Part shown: positions 15,704-24,178 of the stretch, in pieces
How positions within the stretch are numbered: position 1 is the first letter of the stretch
Layout: each line of letters starts with the position of its first letter
Assembly (NCBI GenBank): GCA_044230055.1
Contig: JBGART010000083.1
Location: 1 to 30,659 of the forward strand
Direction: 5' to 3'
Source: Myxococcaceae bacterium
Lineage (GTDB): Bacteria > Myxococcota > Myxococcia > Myxococcales > Myxococcaceae
DNA length: 30,659 nucleotides
Notes under the pieces: model-generated
What the model saw: only the letters and a program-made list of their open reading frames with translations
The model's database searches: none
What the model was told of the DNA's origin: nothing
Made by a program: the position numbers and the translations under genes

Positions 15704-16903
15704 CTACGTCTCCTTCATCGCGTGAAGCGGAGTCAGCCGCGCGGCGCGGAGCGCGGGCCAGAGGCTGGCGAGCAGCCCGCCTACCAGCAGCACCAGCGGA
15801 TAGAGGAGGTTCCCCTCCGCGGTGGCCAGCCCCTGCACGGTGTGGAAGACGACGCCGGCAATCTCCATCGGCTCATCGCCTATCGGAACTTGAAGGCCAT
15901 TCATCGCGGTGCCCAGGAGCGCGCCCACCGTCACGCCTCCGGCCGTGAGGAAGAAGGCCTCCCAGAGGATGAGGCCCACCACCTGGCGGGGTGAAGTCCC
16001 TAGCGCACGCAGGATGCCCAGCTCGCGCGTCCGCTCGAAGACGGACATCAGCAGCGTGTTGACCACGCCCACCGCGATGATGGCCAGGAAGATGACCACG
16101 CCTGGCCGGTTCGCGCCGCGCTCGGTCCGGATGTAGTTGGCCAGCGCAGGCATCACCTCCGGCCAGCCCTGCAGCCGGTGTCCCTGCACCGAGGGCAGGC
16201 GCGTGAGGAAGGCCTCCAGCGCCGTGGGCTCATGCAGCCGGCCCACCACCCGGTGCGCGCGGTCCGGCAGCTCCAGGAGCTCTCGGGCGTCGGCCAGGGT
16301 CACGAAGGCCAGCGCGCTGTCCGCCTCGTCGGAGCCGGAGGTGTAGACGCCGCGGACGCGGAACAGCTGCGCCGCGACGGCGCCGTCCGCGGCCTGACCG
16401 AGGAAGCTCACCTCGTCCCCCACCTTCACGCGCAGCCGCGCGGCCACGCCGCGGCCTAAAAGGATGTCCGCGCCGGCGCCGGGCGTCAGCCACGCGCCCT
16501 CCTTCACCGCGGCGGGGATGCGCGTCACCTCCGGCTCGCGCACCGCGTCCACGCCGATGAGGCGGACGCCGACAGACCTGTGGCCGGCGGAGACCAGCCC
16601 GGGCGCCTCCACCCGCTCGGTCACCGCGCGGACCTCGGGCGCCTCCCGCAGCGCCTGCGCCACGGCGCCCGCGCCGCGCACCGTCTTGTTCACGCCCGGG
16701 CGCGCGTTGAAGTCGCCCGCCATCACCTGGAAGTGACCGTGAAAGCCCTGCGTCACCCCGTCGGTCAGCAGCGCGAAGCTGCCCTCGTTGACGCCGTTTA
16801 TCCACACCAGAAAGGCGGTGCCCAGCACCACCATCGCCACGGTGAACGCCGAGCGGCGGGTGTTGCGGCGCAGGTTGCGCAGCGCCAGCCCTGCGGTCGC
16901 CAT
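15704..16903 (-). CDS. FtsX-family ABC permease (second LolC/E-like paralogue).
   Basis: MATAGLALRNLRRNTRRSAFTVAMVVLGTAFLV... and C-terminal ...VGVVNTLLMSVFERTRELGILRALGTSPRQVVGLIL... The ORF-track ORF (to 17374) over-extends; ATG at 16903 abuts the upstream gene stop. Confidence 0.8.
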   Translation of the reverse strand: MATAGLALRNLRRNTRRSAFTVAMVVLGTAFLVWINGVNEGSFALLTDGVTQGFHGHFQVMAGDFNARPGVNKTVRGAGAVAQALREAPEVRAVTERVEAPGLVSAGHRSVGVRLIGVDAVREPEVTRIPAAVKEGAWLTPGAGADILLGRGVAARLRVKVGDEVSFLGQAADGAVAAQLFRVRGVYTSGSDEADSALAFVTLADARELLELPDRAHRVVGRLHEPTALEAFLTRLPSVQGHRLQGWPEVMPALANYIRTERGANRPGVVIFLAIIAVGVVNTLLMSVFERTRELGILRALGTSPRQVVGLILWEAFFLTAGGVTVGALLGTAMNGLQVPIGDEPMEIAGVVFHTVQGLATAEGNLLYPLVLLVGGLLASLWPALRAARLTPLHAMKET

Positions 16904-17649
16904 CACCCGCCCCCGGAGGTGAGCGCGGAGAGCGTGAAGAGGGACTCGCTGGCCGGCGTGTCGAACTCCAGCGTGTCGTAGAGGAGCGTCGTCTGGTGGC
17001 CCTGCTTCGTGAGCGGCGTGACCACCAGCTTGTGCGGCGTGAGCCGCTCCCCCACCTTCCTCACGTCGGAGAACGTCAGGCGGCGCGCCAGGCGGCCCTT
17101 GTCGTCGTGGTACTCGCAGGTGACCGGGACCAGCGTCCGCGCGTCCACGCAGGCCACCACCCGCTCCCAGGCGACCGCGGCGTCCGGCCGGGCCTTGAGC
17201 TCCACGCAGGTCTGCCCTTCGGGCGCGGATGGGAGGGTGGTCCCCTCGTAGTCGACGCTGTACTTCACCGCCTGGACGAGGTCGTCGTGGGTGAAGTCGC
17301 TCCCCATCCAGGAGCTCATCAACATCGAGGGCGGGATGCGCACCGTCTTGCCAATCTTCGGCAGGTAGTTCCACATCTGGGCGCCCTTCTTCAGGCTGGC
17401 AGTGCCGCTCTCCTTCTTCGGCGCCAGAATCCTCACCAGCGCGTCATCCGCGCCGCGCGACCAGAAGTCCAGGCTGAGCTCGCGCTGGAAGTCCGGCGCC
17501 TGCACCTGCATGCGCATCCGGCCGTGGCTGGTCCGGGACCGGAACAGCTCATCCAGCCGCGCGCTCACCGCCTTCGCCTTCTCATCCGGCGCCGCCTGCG
17601 CCGCGACGCCCGCCACCAGCAGCGCCAGCACCCATCCCCGGCTCCTCAT
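16903..17649 (-). CDS. Periplasmic LolA-like / outer-membrane lipoprotein-sorting (DUF-type) protein commonly partnered with FtsX/ABC exporters.
   Basis: Signal peptide MRSRGWVLALLVAGVAAQA; ~230-aa beta-rich soluble protein; conserved partner position. The start ATG overlaps the TfuA stop (ATGA). Confidence 0.6.
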   Translation of the reverse strand: MRSRGWVLALLVAGVAAQAAPDEKAKAVSARLDELFRSRTSHGRMRMQVQAPDFQRELSLDFWSRGADDALVRILAPKKESGTASLKKGAQMWNYLPKIGKTVRIPPSMLMSSWMGSDFTHDDLVQAVKYSVDYEGTTLPSAPEGQTCVELKARPDAAVAWERVVACVDARTLVPVTCEYHDDKGRLARRLTFSDVRKVGERLTPHKLVVTPLTKQGHQTTLLYDTLEFDTPASESLFTLSALTSGGG

Positions 17650-18977
17650 CCGTTCGCCCCTCCGTACTCGCGCAGCAGCTCCTCCAGCAGCGCCTCACCG
17701 CTCTCGAACCCCAGCTCCCGCGCGTGCAATTCGACGGACCCGCCGACGGTCCGCACCTGCCGCTGGTAGGTCTCCAGCGCGCGCGCCAGTCGCCGCTCCC
17801 GCGCTCCAGGCTCCTCGGCCGCGGGTGCCGGGCGCTCGCGCAGGTGCGCAAGCGTGCGCCCGAACGTCCCGCGCCGCTTGAGCTCCTGCGACAGCAGCTG
17901 CGCCAGCCGCCCCTCGCCGCGCAGCGCCGCCTGTACCTTGTCGAAGAGCACCTCGAAACGCAGGACTTCGCGCAAGCCCGCGCCCGACAGCTGATTCTCC
18001 TCCAGCCAGCGCCGCGTGGCCTGCGCGCTCACCAGGCCTCGCGCCCGACGGAAGCGCTCACCGGCCGCCGCCACCTCCTGCTCGCTGACGGCAAGCCCCC
18101 TCGCCGCCGCCTCCAGCTCCAGCAGCTGGAGCAGCACCGTCGAGCGCAACAGCTCCTCGCCCTCCGGCCGCACGCGCACGCCCCGCCAAAGCGCCGCCGC
18201 ATCCACGTCTGCAGACGGCGCGTCCGGCAACGCGAGCTGCTCCGGTGAGGTGGAGCGGACCAGCTTGTGCCAGAAGCGCGTCTGCTCGAAGTGAAAGCCC
18301 GGCGCGGGCGCCAGCGCCGGCAACCCTTCAGCGAGCCGCTGCAACAGCGCCACCGCGTCGCTCCGCTTGAGGTTCGGCCGGTGGGCGAGGACGAAGGCGC
18401 GCAGCCGCGCGCGCTCCGCACCCGGGATGGCCAGCGCTTCGCCCAGCCCCTCGCTCCACAGCGCGGGCCAGCTGCGCTCCGGGTAGTGCAGCCCCTTCGC
18501 CGCCTGCTCCAGCAGCGTCCGCGTCCGGGCGGAGATGTCTCCGGCCTGCTCCGCCAGCCGCAGCCCATCCCGCAGGTTGACCATCGCGTCGGAGAGCGGC
18601 ACGTAGCCGTCCTCCGCGGGGCCGTGGACCACGGTCACCTCGTCGTCGTCCTCCAGCACCCCGTCGCGGTAGGCCTCGAAGATGCGCCCCACGCCCTCCA
18701 TCCCGAAGGCACAGAGCTCCGCGGCGCGCAGCGCCCCCATGCTGGAGGCCCCCAGTACGCGCACGCCGCTGGCCAGCGCGAAGAGCAGCTCCTTGTGCCA
18801 GACCGCCGGGCGCTGTTCAAAGAAGCCGTCGATGAGCGCGATGACGGACGGCTTGCGCGTGGCCACCAGCTGGTAGACGTCCCCCATCGCCGCTGGGGGC
18901 AGGAAGTGGGCCGTGGGGAGCAGGGCCTTCGCCTCGACGGGCGGCAGGGAAGGACCCAGGAAAACCCAGACGCTCAC
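17646..18977 (-). CDS. TfuA-like protein (YcaO partner for peptide backbone thioamidation) with ~200-aa C-terminal extension.
   Basis: N-terminus (M)SVWVFLGPSLPPVEAKALLPTAHFLPPAAMGDVYQL...IALIDGFFEQRPAVWHKELLFALASGVRVLGASSMGALRAAEL...GVGRIFEAYRDGVLEDDDEVTVVHGP, a near-textbook TfuA domain. GTG start overlaps the YcaO stop. Confidence 0.8.
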   Translation of the reverse strand: MSVWVFLGPSLPPVEAKALLPTAHFLPPAAMGDVYQLVATRKPSVIALIDGFFEQRPAVWHKELLFALASGVRVLGASSMGALRAAELCAFGMEGVGRIFEAYRDGVLEDDDEVTVVHGPAEDGYVPLSDAMVNLRDGLRLAEQAGDISARTRTLLEQAAKGLHYPERSWPALWSEGLGEALAIPGAERARLRAFVLAHRPNLKRSDAVALLQRLAEGLPALAPAPGFHFEQTRFWHKLVRSTSPEQLALPDAPSADVDAAALWRGVRVRPEGEELLRSTVLLQLLELEAAARGLAVSEQEVAAAGERFRRARGLVSAQATRRWLEENQLSGAGLREVLRFEVLFDKVQAALRGEGRLAQLLSQELKRRGTFGRTLAHLRERPAPAAEEPGARERRLARALETYQRQVRTVGGSVELHARELGFESGEALLEELLREYGGANG

Positions 18978-20209
18978 GCGCGCGCCTCCTGCGTTGCGGA
19001 GGCCTTGAGGTATGCGTTGACGCGTGGGCCCGGCTGGTAGTCGCTGGCGAAGAGCCGCGCCTCCAGCCCCGGGACCACTACCTTCACCACGGGCACCTTC
19101 AGCTCCGGCCGGGAGAGGTTCACCACCGCTGCTTGCGCCAGGCCGATGCGCCGCAGCGCCTGCACGAGGACCTGGAGGTCTCCCTCGAAGGTGTCCGTCG
19201 CCAGGCTGGCGCGCGCGCGGAACGCGGCGGCCGGCGCCGGGGTGCGGATGCGCTCAATGCGGGCGGCCAGGGCGGCGTCACGCGTCCAGGCGCGGTACTT
19301 CGAGTAGAAGAGGTCATCCCGGCTCCCGGAGACGAAGGCCAGCCGGCTCTGCACCGCTTCGCTGAGCGCGCGCATCAGCGCCACCGCGGGGGAGAGGTGA
19401 CAGCCGTAGCCTCCGAAGATGCCCAACCTCCGCCAGCGCGGCCGGTCGGATCCGTCGAAGAGCTCGCAGGCGTACGCCGGGATGCCGGTGTCCGAGGTGA
19501 CGTCCCAGATACCCACGTCGACGTCCGCCAGCCGCATGCGGCGCAGCAGCTCCAGACAGCCGGCGTCATCCACCGTCGCCGGGTCCACCTGCCGCGTCTT
19601 CGCTTCCTCGGCGCTCTGGTACTCCCAGAGCGTGATGGCGTCCCGCTCGATGAGCTCGCACAGGCCGTGGACGGTGGCCTCCACCAGGTGATTGCCAGAG
19701 GCCAGCCCGTTGCTGGAGGGCGGCACGACCGGGCGGTAGCCCGCAGGCCAGACGAAGCTGACGCTCACCGCGTCGTGCGGCACCCAAACGGACTCGCCGC
19801 GCAGGAGGTCCTCTCCCTCCACCCAGAGGCAAGGGCCGGCTTGGGGACCCAGCCCCAGCTCCAGCACCCGGGAGGACTTCGCCAGCAGCGCAGGCTGTTC
19901 GTGCCGCAAGGGCAGCGCCAGGTGTTCGCCGTGCCAGACCTCGATGGACTCCATCAGGGCGGACACCTTGGCGGCGAGAGGGTCCAACCCCTTCCCCTGC
20001 GACGTCGCCAGCGAGCGCGAGTTGGGCCGCACCGCCACGTAGACGGGCAAGCCAATCCGGTCCAACCCCGTCACGTTCGCCAGCCGCGTGATGCCCAGCG
20101 GGCCCATCAGCGGCGAGAAGCGCGCGAAGGTCTCCTCCGGGCTGCACGCGCGGTGCGTCCCGTTGAGGAAGCGCTTGGGCGGATGCGGTGGCTCGCCCCA
20201 GAGGTTCAT
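18974..20209 (-). CDS. YcaO-domain protein (ATP-dependent peptide backbone amide activation: cyclodehydratase/thioamidase type).
   Basis: LNGTHRACSPEETFARFSPLMGPLGITRLANVTGLDRIGLPVYVAVRP...LCELIERDAITLWEY (YcaO ATP/Mg-binding ExxERD-type motifs). ATG overlaps the stop of the upstream HO-like gene. Confidence 0.85.
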   Translation of the reverse strand: MNLWGEPPHPPKRFLNGTHRACSPEETFARFSPLMGPLGITRLANVTGLDRIGLPVYVAVRPNSRSLATSQGKGLDPLAAKVSALMESIEVWHGEHLALPLRHEQPALLAKSSRVLELGLGPQAGPCLWVEGEDLLRGESVWVPHDAVSVSFVWPAGYRPVVPPSSNGLASGNHLVEATVHGLCELIERDAITLWEYQSAEEAKTRQVDPATVDDAGCLELLRRMRLADVDVGIWDVTSDTGIPAYACELFDGSDRPRWRRLGIFGGYGCHLSPAVALMRALSEAVQSRLAFVSGSRDDLFYSKYRAWTRDAALAARIERIRTPAPAAAFRARASLATDTFEGDLQVLVQALRRIGLAQAAVVNLSRPELKVPVVKVVVPGLEARLFASDYQPGPRVNAYLKASATQEARA

Positions 20210-20928
20210 GCGGTCTGCCGGTAGACGTCGTGACCCATCCGCCCCCAGGTCTCCAGGGTGGCGCGCGCGTGGAGCAACACCGCCTCCTGGTCCGCCGGGT
20301 CCGTGAAGCCGCGCAGCCGCCGCCGGGCCGCGTCCATGTGACCCACGTCCGACTCCGCGTGGCCGCCGAAGAAGCTCACCGCGTTGCGGATGTTGGGGAG
20401 CTGCGAGTGGGCGATGAGGTTCTTCACAATCCGTCCCGCCACCTTCTCCCCGAGCGACTCCAACACGTAGGCAATGCCCCAGACGCCCACCGGCGTGGGA
20501 CTGAGCGCGGCCGCCCAGAACATGGCGATGTACGCTTTGGCCGCCGGGCCGGGCTGGCTGCGCTCCAGCGCCTCGCGGGAGACGCCCAGCTCACCCAGGT
20601 CCGAGGCCAGCCACGCGTCATGCCCGGACTCTTCGTCACCGTGCGCGGCCAGCTCCTTCGCCATCTGCTGGAGGTAGGGCGTCTTGAAGCGCGCCCAGCG
20701 CGCGTCCGCGAAGCGCGCATCGTCGCTGCCGTAGAGCCGCATGGACTCGCCGGCGGCGCGGAGCATGGCGGGGACGTGCTTGGCGCCCTGGCGAATCTCG
20801 TCATAGATGCCGATGAGCTGCGCGCGCGTGGGCGTGCCGCGCAGGAGCGGCCCGAAGACCGGGTCCTCCTCCAGCTGGGCCGCCAGCTGCGCGCTCAGCG
20901 CTTCCAGCTGTTCAATCAAGTCGCTCAT
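20206..20928 (-). CDS. Haem-oxygenase-like di-iron enzyme / 'iron-containing redox enzyme family' (TenA/PqqC/CADD-like fold) protein.
   Basis: ~240 aa, all-helical. Recurring E/H/D ligand pattern (...DEESGHDAW..., ...FFGGHAESDVGHMD...). Family assignment is from memory of this protein family and is less certain than YcaO/TfuA. Confidence 0.55.
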   Translation of the reverse strand: MSDLIEQLEALSAQLAAQLEEDPVFGPLLRGTPTRAQLIGIYDEIRQGAKHVPAMLRAAGESMRLYGSDDARFADARWARFKTPYLQQMAKELAAHGDEESGHDAWLASDLGELGVSREALERSQPGPAAKAYIAMFWAAALSPTPVGVWGIAYVLESLGEKVAGRIVKNLIAHSQLPNIRNAVSFFGGHAESDVGHMDAARRRLRGFTDPADQEAVLLHARATLETWGRMGHDVYRQTA

Positions 20929-21010
20929 GGTGTTTCGCCTTCGGGTGACGGGTGGCTTCGAAGCACGGCGCGGGCGACGTGGAGCTCGCCCGCGCCATGC
21001 CGCTACAGGC

Positions 21011-21148
21011 GTCAGTCGTTGATGAGACAAGCGTTGCCAATCAGGCACGCGTCGCCCACCGGGTCGCTGCTGATGAGGCAGGCCGACTCGGCCTTGCTCT
21101 CACCGGCGAGCTCTTCCGCCGTCTTCACGTCGAGATCCTTGATGTCCA
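21011..21148 (-). CDS. Candidate RiPP precursor peptide, 45 aa: MDIKDLDVKTAEELAGESKAESACLISSDPVGDACLIGNACLIND. Acidic helical leader + core with three ACLI repeats.
   Basis: Found by hand translation of the 270-bp gap between the terpene synthase and the HO-like gene. ATG at 21148 is preceded by AGAGAGGAGGGGAAGAGAAAAA (GGAGG RBS). GC3-rich codons are consistent with host usage. TGA stop at 21011-21013. Not in the ORF track (too short). Confidence 0.65.
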
Positions 21149-21200
21149 TTTTTTCTCTTCCCCTCCTCTCTTGGGCCAGGGTCGTCACGGGTGGCCGCCC

Positions 21201-22106
21201 TCAAGAGAACAGGGCACCGGGGACGGTGTCGAAGCGAGCCGTTGCCCATCGGCCCCAGTCGTAAGAACCGCGCATGATGTGTCGCAAGACCTCGGTGAGC
21301 CGTCGGACCGCGGCGTCCGCGGCGCCGCCGAAGCGGGGCAGCGCCTTCTCCCGCTCCAGGAAGAGCTCCACCAATCCATTGGAGACGCGGGCCACCCCCT
21401 CCAGCGCCCGCGTAGAAGAGCAGCCGCGCTCCGCCTTGAGCATCCGCACCACGTTGTTCTCCCGGCAGGTGTCCGGTTTCATGGAGAAGGCCAGCACGTC
21501 GCTGGTGAGCCGCACTGCCAACGCGGCCAGCCGCTTGAGCCGCGCGAGCGCCGGGTGACACCGCAGCTGCGGCGGCACGTCGATGCCCTTGAGCACCTCG
21601 ACAATCCAGACGCAGGGATAGATGGCCACCGCGGACGCCTCCATCTCCAGGTACTGCGCGAAGGACGGGACGCGGGACAGCCGCCGGTTCTCCGCCTCCC
21701 AGCGCCACGAGTCCTGCATCTCCTCCACCAGCACATCGAACTCCTCGAGCGCTGGCCGCTCGCAGAACGTCCCCAGCCGCTGGCGGAGGTCGCCGAAGGC
21801 GGCCCCCAATGCCGCGTCCATCACCCGGGGCTGCCTCGCGCACGACGTCCCATCACAACGGGCGTCGATGGCGAAGACCCAGGCCAGGTAGTCCGCGAGG
21901 AGCTGGAGCCGCTCCGTGGGACCGTCGGGGTACATCATCCCCCCGAGCACATGGACCGCGAACCGGTCGAACTCCCCGACTGCTCCGGCGTCGAGCACGC
22001 CCATCTGTTCCAGCCATTGCAGCATCGGCTGGCGGGTGTGCTCACACCGGACGTTGGACGCAGGCGGGAAGGGATAGAAGAGGTCTGGAAGGCGCGCCGT
22101 CTGCAC
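21201..22106 (-). CDS. Class I terpene synthase (bacterial terpene cyclase family) with degenerate first metal-binding motif. The start is uncertain (GTG 22106, or upstream 22220 overlapping the neighbouring gene).
   Basis: LPDLFYPFPPASNVRCEHTRQPMLQWLEQMGVL...LADYLAWVFAIDARCD aligns with the ...ADYSAWFFVWDDRHD region of bacterial cyclases; here the DDxxD motif is D-A-R-C-D. An NSE-like region RENNVVRMLKAE lies ~135 aa later, and the C-terminus has a W...R(F) motif. Confidence 0.65.
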   Translation of the reverse strand: MQTARLPDLFYPFPPASNVRCEHTRQPMLQWLEQMGVLDAGAVGEFDRFAVHVLGGMMYPDGPTERLQLLADYLAWVFAIDARCDGTSCARQPRVMDAALGAAFGDLRQRLGTFCERPALEEFDVLVEEMQDSWRWEAENRRLSRVPSFAQYLEMEASAVAIYPCVWIVEVLKGIDVPPQLRCHPALARLKRLAALAVRLTSDVLAFSMKPDTCRENNVVRMLKAERGCSSTRALEGVARVSNGLVELFLEREKALPRFGGAADAAVRRLTEVLRHIMRGSYDWGRWATARFDTVPGALFS

Positions 22107-22125
22107 GGGTTCCTGACCTCGCCCG

Positions 22126-22593
22126 CTACTGGCGGCGTCCCCAACCGGTGAAGTTGACGTCCTTGTTGCCCACGCTGACGAAGCGGATTTCCCGCCCGCC
22201 GTCGTCGAGCACGAACTCAATCTTCGAGGCTTCGCCCTCGGCGGTGATGCAGTCCATCTTGCCGAGGCCGCCGCGGCGCAGCTCGTACTTGCAGACGAAC
22301 GCCTCGCGGGCGCTCTGGCCGCCGGGCGCGCTGATGACGAACTCGCCCGTCACGCGGCTGATGCCGTCCGCGTGCAGCCGCCCAATCTCGAAGATGCGGG
22401 CGCCGTTGGCGAGGACACCCTCCACCGAGACGCCGTAGGCGCCCTTGAGGTCATGCGGCTTGAAACAGTCGTTGGCGTTGTTGTTGAGCGCCTGCGTCTG
22501 GGCGGACAGCTCCTCGCCAGGCGTGGCCGCCATCAACAGGGCAGCGAGGGGAACCAGGACGGCCACCGAGGACAGCGCATAGAGCTTCTTCAT
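22126..22593 (-). CDS. Secreted hypothetical protein (~155 aa, signal peptide, beta-rich; calycin/nitrobindin-like guess only).
   Basis: ATG 22593 gives MKKLYALSSVAVLVPLAALLMAATPGEEL... The ORF track's longer version uses an upstream alternative start. Confidence 0.5.
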   Translation of the reverse strand: MKKLYALSSVAVLVPLAALLMAATPGEELSAQTQALNNNANDCFKPHDLKGAYGVSVEGVLANGARIFEIGRLHADGISRVTGEFVISAPGGQSAREAFVCKYELRRGGLGKMDCITAEGEASKIEFVLDDGGREIRFVSVGNKDVNFTGWGRRQ

Positions 22594-22639
22594 GGGTGTG
22601 TTCCTTCGTGAAATGGGTTTTGAGTGTTTCGGTAGGAGT

Positions 22640-24139
22640 TCACTGGAATGTCTGAACAGAGCGCCCGCTGGGGAGCGACGTCGGGATGAGCTGCCTGAGC
22701 CGGACGGGGCTGGCGCGTGGGTCCGCCAGGCCGTTGGAGACGAACGCCACCAGCGCGTTGAGCTCCGCGTTGGTGAGCGACACCGGCTGACCCATGCGGG
22801 AGTCCAGCGTGGTGAGGACAATCTCGTTGACCGGGGTCTGGTTTCGGCAGTCCGAGGGCAGGCCCAGCTTGTTGAACTTATGCAGCGAGTCGTGGACATC
22901 CAGGTGGTGCCGAATGGCGCCCGCCAGGCTGTCGAACGCGCCGTTGTGGAAGTAACGCGGGCTGTAGGCCAGGTTGCGCAGCGGCGAGGTCCGGAACTTG
23001 TAGCGGTCCGCGGCGGTCCCGCTGACCTGCTCCAGCCCGAAGTCCTCATTGCCGCCGGGCCCATCCCAGGTCACGTTGGTGAGCGAGGGGAAGACCGGCG
23101 GGACGCCGATGTTGTGCTGGGCGAAGTCGCTGAACATCTCGTTCGCCTCACCCGAGACCGCATGGCAGCCAACGCAGCCCGCCTTGCCGAAAAAGAGCAG
23201 CGCGCCGCGCTTCTCCTGCTGGGTGAGCGCGTTCTCGTGGCCGCGGGCGAAGCGGTCAATGGGCGCGTTCGCGTACGTCTGGCTGAGCTCGAACTCGGCG
23301 ATGGCCGCCGCCAGCATCTCGTACGTGATGGGGCCGCCGTGCTTGACGATGGAGTAGACCCGGCCGAACAACTTCCGGTACTCCGCGTTGTTGTTCAGCC
23401 GGGCGATGACGTCGGTCCGGACGACGTCGTGGTCGGTGGAGGCGTTCAGCCCGGCCATCTCCGGCAGCTCCGTCGGCGGTATGAAGGCCTGTGCCGTGAG
23501 CAGCGTGGGCATGGCGTCCAGCGAAGAGCCCTCCGGCGAGGGGAAGAGGAAGCCCTGGCTGTTGTCGAACGGGTCCCCGGACTTGGCGGCGAACCGCGAG
23601 TTCCACATCAGCGTCGGGTAGAACGCGTTGTTGGCGATGCCCGGCGCGCGGCGCTGGTTGCGCGGGCCGACGCGGGAGCTCCCCACCTTCTGGTTGTTGT
23701 CGATGCCAATGGCGATGGCCTGCGAGTCACCCCACCCCGCGGTGGGCGCGTGACAGCCGGAGCAGGAGTTGTCGTCCTTGAGCGCCAGCAGACTGTCGAA
23801 GAAGGCCAGCCGTCCCACGTTGGCCAGGTTCGCGTTCAGCTTCCTGCCCAACCGCGGCTCCAGGGTGGCTTGAACCCGCCCGGTGAAGCCGTACTGCTTA
23901 AGGATGACCTTCAAGGCGACGTCGAGCGGGTCCTTGGCGCGCGCGTTGGAGCGGTCCCGCCCAGGCGCCTCGTGCGCCTCTCCGTCGGTCAGCGCTTCGG
24001 GGAGCAGGTCCAGCTGGGCCAGCTCCGCGCTGAGGGCGTCGCTGTCCTCTGACAGCTCGTCCGGCGCCTGCAGGCCCGGGCCGCAGCCCGCCGTCAGCAT
24101 GGCCGCGAAGAGCGCGGCGGTGGTTTTGAATTGAGACAT
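22640..24139 (-). CDS. Di-haem cytochrome c peroxidase (CCP/MauG family), lipoprotein.
   Basis: Two CxxCH haem motifs (CSGCH, CVGCH); lipobox LTAGCG; ~500 aa, typical of the family. Confidence 0.8.
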   Translation of the reverse strand: MSQFKTTAALFAAMLTAGCGPGLQAPDELSEDSDALSAELAQLDLLPEALTDGEAHEAPGRDRSNARAKDPLDVALKVILKQYGFTGRVQATLEPRLGRKLNANLANVGRLAFFDSLLALKDDNSCSGCHAPTAGWGDSQAIAIGIDNNQKVGSSRVGPRNQRRAPGIANNAFYPTLMWNSRFAAKSGDPFDNSQGFLFPSPEGSSLDAMPTLLTAQAFIPPTELPEMAGLNASTDHDVVRTDVIARLNNNAEYRKLFGRVYSIVKHGGPITYEMLAAAIAEFELSQTYANAPIDRFARGHENALTQQEKRGALLFFGKAGCVGCHAVSGEANEMFSDFAQHNIGVPPVFPSLTNVTWDGPGGNEDFGLEQVSGTAADRYKFRTSPLRNLAYSPRYFHNGAFDSLAGAIRHHLDVHDSLHKFNKLGLPSDCRNQTPVNEIVLTTLDSRMGQPVSLTNAELNALVAFVSNGLADPRASPVRLRQLIPTSLPSGRSVQTFQ

Positions 24140-24178
24140 GATTGAGCTCAGTTCAATGTGCTTTTAGACGCTTGACGC

